Positions 36,791 to 48,349 of a stretch of 64,000 nt of DNA are shown piece by piece. The stretch comes from Lobosporangium transversale (taxonomy: Eukaryota): assembly GCF_002105155.1 (NCBI RefSeq), contig NW_019028989.1, positions 1 to 64,000 on the forward strand, given 5' to 3'. The position numbers were made by a program, and so were the translations under genes. Within the stretch, counting starts at the first letter, position 1. Every line of letters begins with the position of its first letter. Below the pieces are notes generated by a model, which did no database searches, was not told the origin of the DNA, and was given only the letters and a program-made list of their open reading frames with translations.

Positions 36791-37420
36791 GATTGGTTGA
36801 ATGTATGAATGGAATGAAAGAAGGAATGAAAGAAGGAGAAAGAGTGGAGAGGAGTATGAAAGGAAGACTGTGCTGAATGTGGGTGATGCGTGAGAAAGGA
36901 AGGAAGGGAAAAACAAAAAAAAGAATTTGATTGAGGTTCTACACAAGTAAGCTGATAAGGAATCCTTGTCGGTCTTCTGTCTCACCTTTTTTTTTTGTGT
37001 TCCCATGTCAATGGAAAAAGGCATACTTAAGCCCTCGGGTATCTTCGCTATCAAAGCTTTCCTTTTTCTACTCGGGTGCATTAGGAAACCATCCAATGTT
37101 ACCATCCCATCGGTGAGAAAGACAACGGAGGATCAATAGAATATATTGTTCGGGTTCATAACGTTGCACGGAAACCATAAAAAAAAAGGATCTCCTCTTC
37201 CATTCTCATCCTTCTTCTCTTTCTCCTCCGTTATTCTTCTTGCTGATCTTTAAACATTAAAGCTAATTCTTCATGTTTACTCCATATTTCCATCATCCTC
37301 CATTCTGTGCATCCTCTACATCGACTATTTGTAGGAGTATAATATGAAAAATGATTATAAAAAAGGGTTTATCAGCTTTTGTTATTTGCTTGCTCCACAT
37401 GGACAATGCGAAGCGGAAAA

Positions 37421-37453
<33 letters not shown>

Positions 37454-38002
37454 GTTAAACCATAATCACAGACTGCCCGCCATTTTTTATTTCTTTTTTA
37501 ATGAGCACAACACGTTATTAATAAAGCACGATTGGCTGTTGTATCTATTGAAAATAACCTCCACGATAACACCCGTATTCCCAATGGGAGATTTGTTTGG
37601 ACATGAACCGTTATATGTCTGTACAATAACTTTTTCTCCTTTTGCTCCGCATGCAAAGAAAAAAAAAAAAAAAAAAAACGCGTCGACTAGAATGTATGAA
37701 TCTTTTACTAGGCTTTCCTTAAATTGTAGTACAACTTGTCCAAAACCACCTGAGCATCTCCACATATACTACATAGCTTTAATTGCACCTTTATAATGAA
37801 TTTATAAGCGCCATCACTGCACAGTCATTAAAATCAATTTGACAAACCTTCGACTTTTTATCTTTTTTTATTTATTTATTTTTTCCTTTTTTTTCTAATT
37901 TTAATACGTGATATAAAAAATAAGTGTACAATACAATGAGGCAGGATGAAATGAAGGATGGAGACAAGCTATGCTAAATCGTCTTTTATCCCCTTCTGTT
38001 GT

Positions 38003-39348
38003 TTAGACTAGGAGAAGTGCGTTCACACAGCCATCCAACTCTGGGTTATTGGTGATCTGAGCATATTTACCCCAGACAACCTTGCCTCCTGTTGTGACCA
38101 ACCCTAATTCTGATACGTTGACTTCAATGACTGTACCCTTAGTCAGAACGCCCAACTGAGTGTATAGAGGGCTCTGAGGGTTCTTCTTGACACCAATGAT
38201 AGGCAAGCAGAATGTCGCCTTGAGTTCTGGGTGAGTGACATGAGCCTTCTTATAACGAAGAGCTGAAGGACGGATGAAGCGTTCATACTTTGGAGGTTTA
38301 CGAGTAAAGCCATCACCAACAAAGGTAGCCTTTGTGACCATTCGCTTCCATGACTTGCCCTTGGTCTTTCCAGAACGAAGAACCTTGAACATCTCATCCT
38401 CAGCAATACCACGGACCTTTGGCAAAGGTACATTCCATTTACCAGCCTTCTCCTTACGCTTTTGCTTGATCATATTGCTTAGTACCTTGGCACGTTGCTG
38501 ACCTTCACGATCCAACAGATAACCAGGAACAGCTCCTTCAGGAACAGCTTCTGTATCCTTCTGCTTGGCATTCTTTTCTTCGTGCTGCTTAATACTATTT
38601 TTTTTTTTTTAGTTTGTTGAAAAATGGAATAGTCAGCATTGTTATTATTGTTATTTTCTTTCCTGACGCTCCTGACAATTACCGCAGTAATATATTGCCG
38701 AGAACATTTTTACAAATATTTTTGCTTGTTTGTACGTACGTCTTCTTCATCTGAATCTTTTCTGAATGCCTCTTCTTGTTATACATCTTGGCTCTTAGAC
38801 CTGTAACCTTTTGTGCAAACTGAGAGTTCTTGTGGGCCTCACGAGCCTCTCTTTTACGCCTATATTATAGAAAAATAAGCAAATAAATAACTGTATATAT
38901 TAGTATATGTAACGTTCAGACATTTTATGTGTTGCAAAAAAAAAAAAAAAAAAAAAAAAGTAAAAGTATACAAAATATAAAATAAGAGTCTTACTTGCGC
39001 TCAGCATAATCAAGCCTGCGACCATGTCGCTTAATCGACTCTTCGATATATTCGTTCTGAGGCTATTGATGTTAAAACCGAGATGGAAAAAAAAAACAAT
39101 GAGGACAGGAATTAGTCCTTTAGCCTTTCTTTCCGAGACTTTAACGATGAGATATCCGTTGCTGATGTTCTTGTCATCAACTTGACCAGTAAAGTTGATA
39201 ACAGAGATACAGAGATATCCTTCAATATGCATGGACGATCTCAGGAAATAAAGGTCGAATGAAAATGCTTTCTAATGTAATGCATGTAGTCTTCTTTTTC
39301 TTCATTTTTCTTAGCATTATAAAATCGGGAATCCATATGCTTTACCAT
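38003..39348 (-). CDS. NSA2: Ribosome biogenesis protein NSA2
   Basis: ATG-only first exon (39348-39346), then [18 protein letters not shown]..., [30 protein letters not shown] and [23 protein letters not shown]. Confidence 0.96.
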
Positions 39349-39623
39349 AGTTGACTGATGTGTGGTGAGGAGACGAAAGGAGGAATGAAGACTTGATGCA
39401 AGCTCTCTTACAAATGCCCTAACAAGGAAAAAAAAAAAAAAAAAAGAGTAAGTGGCTTCTTGAGCAAAACACCTGTCATGTGATATGAGCGCACGTGCCA
39501 GTACTAATTAGTAAATTATTAAAAAATATACATATAAATACTTCCTACTTGACGACGTTCTTTTTTTTTTTCTTCTCGTTCTTTAACTCTTCAACTTCAC
39601 ATTTATACCAATAATAATCGATC

Positions 39624-42469
39624 ATGTCCGTCCCTACTGCCAACTTGGCCACTTTCAAGATCCCCGCTGTCACCAATGAGCCCATGGTAAATGGAATGGA
39701 ATGAACTATATGAATAGCTTTTTTTAAAAAAATTATGTGTGCAACCGCAAATTGTTACTCTCCCACGCTAATTCCTTCCATCACATTATTTCTTTCCCAT
39801 ATTAGAAAACCTACTCTTCTGGCTCTGCTGAGCGCGCTGGTCTTGAAGCTGCATTGAAGGAACTCCGTGGTCAGGTTCCCCTTGACATTCCTTGCATTGT
39901 CAATGGAGAAGAGGTATGGAATATTCATGAGAACTACACGAATTGAAATTGACGAAGAGTTTGAACTTTCTTGTAATGGTTGGTTGTTTTGTCCTTCCCC
40001 CTTTTTTTTTCCTTTATAAAATAGGTCCGCACCGGAATCATTGAAAAGCAGGTCATGCCCCATGAGCACAAGACCATCGTCTGCAACTATCACAACGCTG
40101 ACGAGGTCCTTGTTACCAAGGCTATCGATGGTGCTTTGGCTGCCAAGCAGGACTGGGAGAACACTCCCTTTAATGATCGCGCTGCCATCTTCTTGAAGGC
40201 GGCTGATCTTATTTCTACCAAGTATAGGTAATCTTCAACCTCTTTTTTTATTTAAAACATTTTTTTATTCTGTTTTTACGGCGTCTATTGTCAGATAGAC
40301 ATTCCACAAATGTTTTTTAAAAGAGGAAAACAGGGGGTCAATGGTAGGGGGTGATAGGAGTGAATGATTTGATGGTGAATTCTTCATAGCATTTAGTGCG
40401 CTTTGTCAGCATGGTATGGGTCATCACTTTCACAATTTTGTGTTCTGATTACTGAGCCCTTTGCGTGTGGGAAAAAAAAAAAAGTCTCTTGCCCTAAACT
40501 TTGCACTAATGATCAGGAACACAAAAAAAAAAAGGTGGCCCCAAGAGAATTGCCCTTTTGTCTTTGGCTTCAAAACATTTATTTCCTTTGGATTTCTTGT
40601 TTTAGTCCAACCCCTCCACCACACCATTTTCTCGAAGACATAAAAAAAGAATGCAACTTTTACTGGTAGTCATCGATTCCTATTTGAAGAGACAATAGAT
40701 AGAGATGGATCTCTCTCGTTCTTTTCGTTTTTTGCTTCATAATGACAGTGAATGATGAGCTGAAGAGCTGTCACTGAGTTCTCATCAGATCACCTTGGAG
40801 CTATTCGGTCGGCCGCCCAAAAATCGTTCAATGAAGCTCAGTAGTGCCTTTTTTTATGTGTATGTGTTTCGTTGGGTTCCTTTTTCTCTTTGAACACATT
40901 TTGGCCGTTTATGCCAATGACGCCACTTTGAAATTCCGATTTTCATATCCCGTCGTCTATAGCCTATGACCCATACCCCGACCCCAAACATCGACTACTA
41001 TTACTATCTTTGTCTTTCTGGCTTTTGTCCACAGCCTTTTAGCTACTAGTGACCTATACTCTTACTTTTACTCACTTTTCTGTGATAACACTATTTGCTA
41101 TAAGATATACTTCACTATACTTATATTTTTCCTAACTTTAATTTCCTTTTTTGTGTTTCGCTCACGTGTGCGTGTGATGAATAAATAATATAGATACAAG
41201 ATCATGGCTGCCACCATGTTGGGTCAGGGTAAGAACGCTTGGCAGGCAGAGATTGACTCTGCTGCCGAGACATGCGACTTCTTGCGCTTTGGTGTAAAGT
41301 ATGCTGAGGAGCTCTATACTGTCCAGCCTCCCCAGAACTCCAATGGTACCTGGAACCGCACAGAGTACCGTCCTTTGGAGGGCTTCGTCTTCGCTGTTTC
41401 GCCCTTCAACTTCACTGCTATCGGTGCCAACTTGGTGGGTGCCCCCGTCTTGATGGGCAACGTCTGCGTCTGGAAGCCTGCCCCTGCTGCTACCTACGCT
41501 TCATACATTGTCTACCAGATCATGCGTGAGGCAGGTCTTCCCGCTGGTGTCATCCAGTTCATCCCCGGTCCCGCTCCCGAAGTCGTCGGCCAGGTCTTGA
41601 AGCACCCCGACTTTGCTGCTTTGCACTTCACCGGTTCCACTCATGTCTTCCGCAAGCTCTGGAAGGACATTGGCAACAATATTGAGAACTACAAATCCTA
41701 CCCCCGTATCGTTGGTGAGACTGGAGGTAAGAACTTCCACATGGTCCACAAGACAGGCAACGTCAAGTCGGTTGTTCACAACACCATCCGCTCTGCCTTT
41801 GAGTACCAGGGCCAGAAGTGCTCTGCATGCTCCCGTGCCTACTTCCCTGACAACCTCTGGCCCGAGATCAAGGCTGGTCTTATTGAGGCTCACAAGCGCC
41901 TTCAGGTGGGCAGTGTTGAGGACTTTAAGAACTTTATGGGCCCTGTCATCAACCAGCAGTCGTTCGACAAGATCAAGGGTTACATCGATTGGGCTAAGAG
42001 TGATGCCGAGTCTGAGATCATTGCCGGCGGTTCCTACGATGACTCTGTTGGCTACTTTGTCCAGCCCACTATCATTGTTACTACCAACCCCAAGTCTCGC
42101 ACCATGATGGAGGAGATCTTTGGACCTATTGTTACGATCTATGTGTATAAGGCTGATGAGTACGAGAGCACTTTGGACTTGGTTGCTAATTCTTCTGCCT
42201 ATGCTTTGACTGGAGCTTTGTTCTCTCAGGATCGCTATGCTACCATCTTGGGAGCCAACAAGCTCCGCCATGCTGCTGGTAACTTTTACATCAATGACAA
42301 GTGCACAGGAGCTGTTGTTGGTCAGCAACCTTTCGGAGGTGGACGTGCTTCAGGCACGAACGATAAGGCAGGATCTGCCTCTATCTTGTCCCGCTTTGTC
42401 TCCCCACGCTCCATCAAGGAGTCCTTTGTGGACTTGGACGACTTTGTCTATCCTTCCAACTTGGCTTAA
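39624..42469 (+). CDS. PUT2: Delta-1-pyrroline-5-carboxylate dehydrogenase
   Basis: Exons 39624-39686, 39806-39913, 40025-40227 and 41194-42469. Motifs: GQGKNAWQAEIDSAAE, SPFNFTAIG, LHFTGST, GETGGKNFH, FEYQGQKCSACSR, GNFYINDKCTGAVVGQQPFGG. Confidence 0.97.
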
Positions 42470-43547
42470 AGGAATTCAATTATTATTATTTTTTTTTGTA
42501 AAAAAAACATTTTGCATGTAACAAATTACACTCCCACTCACCCATTCAATAGTTTAAAGTTTTTTTTTTTTTTTTTTTTTTTTTTCTTTTGATAATAAAA
42601 TCAAACCATCAAGAAAAAGGCTTTGACCCATTGTTTACGTTGCTTGATAAAATCAAAAACAAGGTACATGTACATGTACATTTAGTCTAAGCTGTGTTAC
42701 TGGAGATGCTTTGTGCACTTTGTGCGTACAAAAGAGCTGTGCGTGTGTCTGTGTCTGTGTCCATGTTTTGGATGTGTCAGATCACACAATCAAGCTCTGT
42801 CTTTTTTTTTTTTTTGTTTTAGCTTCGTACTACCTAAAAAAAAAAGATGATGTTAAAAGAACACATGGGTGGATGCTGTGTCAATGTTTGGTGGAAAAAG
42901 GTAGAAAAAAAAAGACAAAAAAGGTACTGTATATCGATAAATATATACATTCGTCCATTGTCAAACTATTATGAAACGTATATAACTTGCTTATTGTTTC
43001 AAATGTTCTACATACCATAAAGGAGCTTTTTTATTTTATTGTTTTTCTTTGTCCGTTTTGTTTGAGATAGTTTCTCCAAGTATTTTTCAAGATTGATTTT
43101 TCAAAGCAAAGCAAAAAAAAAAAAAAAAAAAAAAAGAAGAGACTGAGCTTATTTTCGACTTTTTATTTATTACTATTATATAGATGTATTATTAATATGT
43201 AGTATGGCTATTATTATTACTATTAGTATTTCTAATTAAAGGTATGGTATTATGGCTATTATTGGTAAGAAGCTATACTATGGAAAGAATAGAGAAAAGC
43301 AAAGCAAAAGCAAAAAGAAAGAAAGAAAGAAAGAAAAGGGCAAGCAAAATATGTACAACATATTAAGAGAGCAAAGAAAAGGAGGGCGAAAAAAAAAAAA
43401 AAAAAAAAAAAGAGAGAGAGAGACAGAGAGGAAGTAGAAAAGTGGAGCAATATACACCAATAATTAAAAAAGAGGCTATGATACAAAAAGAACGATGTAA
43501 AAGCAAGATAAAACGAAGATAAAGTTTTTTTTTTTTTTTTTTTTTTT

Positions 43548-44951
43548 TTAGACTGCCTGGCTGAGCATGCTCAACACCACAGCAGCTTCCTCAACCTTGC
43601 GTCGCAGGCGGAACTTGCGAGCCCAAAGACGCTTACTCTTACGAGTACGTTCCTTACGGTCCTTGTCATCCTTCACGCGACCATCGGGCAGAGAATCCCA
43701 TTTGCACTTGCGAGGATGCATTGTAGGGGACATATTGTGAACATTCTTCAAATGACGTCTCAAATTGCAGTTTTGGTTCTTGCTTGGCTTGAAGGCTCGG
43801 CTGCAAACAGGACACAACAACAATTGTGGGTTGGAGGAGGAGGATGTAGACGACGACGAAGGCAATAAACAAGTTGCCAAAGAATTGGAGGAAGAGTTGT
43901 TGCTGGTCAAAGAAGACGACAAGGAGGACATGGAGGTCGAAGCAGACGATGAAACACTCGAGTGACCACGATTAGATGATGTCATGTAATGATGTTGTTC
44001 CGAAGCAAAAGCAGGAGACGAAGGCTCTGGAGAAAAGACGGAGCGATCTGAGGAGATCGAGGGGGAACGGGACATCGAAGGCGAGTATTCCTCATCCATC
44101 ATCATCATCATCATCGCTCGACCGGGAGTTGTAGTAGATCGTGGGCTGTTAAAGGGGCTTGAATGAATCGATCGCGTTGTTGAAACTTGAAGAGGCGTCA
44201 ATGGTGCAGGCGAAAGAGGATGAACTCTAGAATCCATACTGATTGCTGAGGTTGGGGTCGTTGGTGTAGACAGATGGTGATATGAGGTGGGTCGAGAAGT
44301 AAAGTAATCAGTTGGAGGTTGTGCTGATCCATTAAAAGAGGATCGGTCTCCGCGAGCATAGTAATGATCCACATGATCATAGGCATGATCTCGAGAGGGA
44401 GAAGTAGAAGAATAGATGAAATCTCTGGGAGAAGGCAAGGCCTGATGATGATGATACTGTCTTGAAACCGTAGAAGGATGTGAACCGGTGTTGTATGAGT
44501 GAGTGTTGTTGGATTGAGGAGATGACTGATGATGGTAAGGGAGATGATGATGTTGAAGATGGGACGAGTGGGCGGTGTATCCCTTTGGCTGTGGAAGAAC
44601 CGATGAGAATGGGATCGGTACTTGATGCTTCAATGGCAGAGACATCAGGGACTTGTGGGGACGTTGATGCGAAAATGAAGGGGAACGACTCATGTTGTCG
44701 CAAGGCGTGGATGGTCCAGGCGAGCATGACAGGGATCGGTCAGAGGCGGAGCTGTACTGGCTATAGAGAGACGAACTTGATCCACGCGAGGATAGCGAGG
44801 GAGTGGAGTAGGACCGGGTTTGGAAGTTCATGTTGGACGAAGACAATCTCGGAGAAGATGAGCTTGTGTGGTATTGATGGGATGTTGTTGAATATTTAGA
44901 AGAGATGTGGGAGAAGTTGGTTTGGATAGAAGGAAGATGACTGGTCGACAT
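43548..44951 (-). CDS. Putative transcription factor: S/H/P-rich disordered region, single C2H2 finger, basic helix
   Basis: Single long ORF with ATG at 44951. CPVC-x16-H-x4-H, then KDRKERTRKSKRLWARKFRLRRK and EEAAVVLSMLS at the C-terminus. Confidence 0.82.
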   Translation of the reverse strand: MSTSHLPSIQTNFSHISSKYSTTSHQYHTSSSSPRLSSSNMNFQTRSYSTPSLSSRGSSSSLYSQYSSASDRSLSCSPGPSTPCDNMSRSPSFSHQRPHKSLMSLPLKHQVPIPFSSVLPQPKGYTAHSSHLQHHHLPYHHQSSPQSNNTHSYNTGSHPSTVSRQYHHHQALPSPRDFIYSSTSPSRDHAYDHVDHYYARGDRSSFNGSAQPPTDYFTSRPTSYHHLSTPTTPTSAISMDSRVHPLSPAPLTPLQVSTTRSIHSSPFNSPRSTTTPGRAMMMMMMDEEYSPSMSRSPSISSDRSVFSPEPSSPAFASEQHHYMTSSNRGHSSVSSSASTSMSSLSSSLTSNNSSSNSLATCLLPSSSSTSSSSNPQLLLCPVCSRAFKPSKNQNCNLRRHLKNVHNMSPTMHPRKCKWDSLPDGRVKDDKDRKERTRKSKRLWARKFRLRRKVEEAAVVLSMLSQAV

Positions 44952-45163
44952 AAAACCTTTTATATAAAACAAAGACGGGGAAGAGGAGACAAGAGAGAAG
45001 GAGAGGCTCGGATGGACGTGTGGATTTTATATACGATAAACAGTAAAGATGAAGAGAAAGGAGAGAGGGAAAAAAGACAAGTTGGTAGACAATAAGAATG
45101 GATCGGGGGTCGTTTTTTCTTATTATTATTGTGTAATGTGGAAAGAACAATCAGCTAAAGGGG

Positions 45164-45194
<31 letters not shown>

Positions 45195-46488
45195 CAAAGC
45201 GATGGTTTCGAGATAACGCTATAATGATGGATGTGGATTATGGATGGGTCTATTACAGGACAAAGGACAAATAACGAGAAAGCAAAAAGAAAAGAAAAGA
45301 AAAGAGTTAGTTGACCTGCTTATTATATTTCGCCCAACCCAAAGGGTAAACATCAGTACACAGCACTTTGTACGCTGTTCCTCCCTTAATCCACTACTCA
45401 ATGTGCATTCTGAACACAGGGTGTGAATTCAGACAATGCAGACATTGTACACACAATGCAATGCTCAGGTTCAGTTTGTATTACCATAGAGAGCAAGGAA
45501 GGGAAAGAGATTCACAAAATGTGTCAGACAGAGAGATGTTGAAGTACCACGGGTATTTGCGAAGGATAAAAAGAATTAGATGTAGTACGATGTGATTGTG
45601 CACAGAGCGATTTGTTGCGGAGAATATTGGGGGGGCGTCACGGAGGAAAAAAAGACAAGATGAGAATTAGAGGAGGAATAGGAGCAAGAACGTGAGACGT
45701 AGACAGTCGTTCGAATAGGAGTTGAGAGGAGATAAAATGAAGAAAAGATAAAAAGAAAAAAAAAAAAAAAGGAAAGAAAAGGTAAAAAAGCAAAGGAAAT
45801 CGGGGCGCTTTATAAAGGAGGAAACAGAGTAGAGAAGTACACGAAGAACTATCTTTTTCCTGCTCAGCTGTGTATGTTTTTATTTTATTATATTTAATTA
45901 TTTATTTATTATCGCCAATTTTATTTGGTCACGATACCTTATATTTTTAATCTAAAAACGATGATTGAATTGTTCTGGTGGCATCTCACTACGTGACGGA
46001 CTTGCAACAATACTCGTAACAAGCGAGCTAATTGGCTGCCAATACACTCGAAAGTATTCAAAAAATATAAGGTATCGCGACCAAATGAAACGGGCTATAT
46101 TGTTTTTTTTTTATCTGTCTCAATGTAATATACTTACAGTAGGGCGGGACAGCGACCAAGGAAGGAAAAGAAAGGAAGGAAGGAGGGAGCAGACAGAGCG
46201 AGCAAGAAGGAGAAAAGGAGGAGGAAGAAGATGAGAAGTGCACAAACCCTCTAGCAAGGAAGAGAAGAGGAGACGGAGGGATGGCTCGAGAACGATTCAA
46301 TAGAAGGAACAAGAAATAAGAGAATAGAGGAAAGGAGAAATAAGAAAGTCGATTGAATTGATTTGAATAGATTTGAATTGTAAATGTCAACATTCAATGA
46401 TAATTGTAAAAAGAAAACAAATAAATAAAAAAAGGTAAAAAGGCAGATTATATTTAGAGTAAAAAAAGAATAAAAACAAACAAATGCA

Positions 46489-46519
<31 letters not shown>

Positions 46520-46763
46520 GAAGGAGCGCGCACGCGTGCAAGAGCAGCAGTAGGGAGAGTCTAGCTAGTCGACCGGCCGAAAAAAAAAAAAAAAAAAAAA
46601 AAAGTAGAGAATGAAAAAGATGAGAGTGAGAAAAAAAAAAAAAAAAAAAAAACTAGACGTTGATGAAAAACAATGATGGAGAACAAACACAGGAGAAAAA
46701 AAAAAAAAAAAGAAAAGAAAAAGAGATAAAGAAGAAGAGACGAATAAAAAAGAGCTCTTGAAG

Positions 46764-46860
46764 CAATGAAAGGAAAAGGAAAGCAAAGCAAAGCAAAGGA
46801 AAGGAAAGGAAAGGAAAGAAAAATAAAGGAAAGGGAAAGGAAGGAAAGGAAAAGGAAGTA
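46764..46860. repeat. (AAAGG)n/(AAAGC)n purine microsatellite
   Basis: Near-uninterrupted purine tract of pentamer repeats. Confidence 0.8.
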
Positions 46861-48316
46861 AGGACAGGCAGAAGGAGGTAGATGGGGGTAAAGGATAATG
46901 ATGGTGATGATGAAGGGAGGAGTGGGGGTAGTGGGGGTTAATGAGAAGGGAATGAAGGATTGGAAGAGTGGGTGGGTAAGGACGAAGGATTAAGGATGTC
47001 AGTCAAAAACCCATTGTTCAGACAATAGTGATATTCTTACTGATATACCAATCTTTATATTTTATAAACATAATATTATCGCAATAATATATCCATGTAA
47101 AGTAATTGAGAAGAAAAACCCATTGATCCCCAGCTATATCCATCTATGGTCTATGGTCGATTTCATCCGCATTCAAAGCAAAAAAAAGAATTACACTCAT
47201 TCATTCTATGATTCCTTCATTCACTCTTACTAAACCCGACTCAATTGTTTAAATAAGTGCAATTGTAAATATATATATTTTTATTCAGAAATAAATAACT
47301 AAAAGGTTTGTGCATATTCTACTGAACTAAACTCTACTGGACTGGTAGGATGAGCACGGTACACAACAAAAAAAAAAAAAAAAAAAAAAAAAAGTTGCAA
47401 GGGACGAACACAAACACGCACGGGTGGTAGGACAAAATGTCTGGGATGTGTGTTTCCTTCCCTGGGTCCATTGGGAGGGAAGCACTACAGGGACAATTCA
47501 AAAAAGGTCCAAGTGACAATCCACCGTTGATTTAAATCCTCTTTCGATTTGCTTTAGGTAACCCTGGTTGGAACAAACAATAGAGAGGATTCTGTTCAGT
47601 GGAACACACTAACAGATGCACATGTTTATGCCAATACACACAGACCCCATCCCTAAAACTTCTACCTGTATAAAAATCCCATCAATGCACATAAAAGAAT
47701 CCAGGGATTACGATAAACAATATTATTTATTTTATTGTATTCAACGACCTCATTTTCAAAAGCAGTAAAACAACTCTGATGAGGAACGAACTATACCATT
47801 CCGTTGCAGTAGATCCATTGACGATACTTTTCTTTAATTCGACTATAGATCTACCAAAATCTACTCAGTCTGCAATCTATCTCCATTATCTGGACATCTA
47901 CAGATTGCTTTTGTTCGAGAATGAGGTGATTCTAAATAAAAAATAAAAAAATAAAAAAATAAAAAAAAGTGATGGATTAAAGACTAAGTAACATCAATGT
48001 CATCCATCAGATCCACAGATCAGGATCAGGTTGACCTGCAACATGCGAAAACTCATGATGTGATGACTACAGCTGCCGAAAGAGAAAAGACAAAAGTAAA
48101 AACAGAGGCAGAGGCAGAGGCAAAGGCAGAGGCAGAGGCGGGGCTATTTTTTTTTAACTTTTTGACGTGCACAAAAATTTCTGTCTCTCGGAGGGATATT
48201 TTATAGATGGATTAAGCGGTAAATGATGACAAAAGAGACAGCATACTGAACACAAGCATGTGCACACACGCGCTTACACAAACACTCATTTTTTCCTTCT
48301 GAGTGAATGGTCCCAC

Positions 48317-48349
<33 letters not shown>

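Noticed and set aside
39063..39345. C/D snoRNA in NSA2 intron 1
   Set aside because: A TGATGA is present on the sense strand, but no terminal CTGA box or closing stem follows it.
40743..40800. Hammerhead ribozyme, TPP riboswitch or SECIS in the PUT2 intron
   Set aside because: CTGA(T/A)GA is present but no correctly placed GAAA or stem III; TPP and SECIS consensus elements are absent.
41501..42328. 275-aa antisense ORF inside PUT2
   Set aside because: Shadow of strongly biased codon usage on the sense strand; no recognisable motifs.
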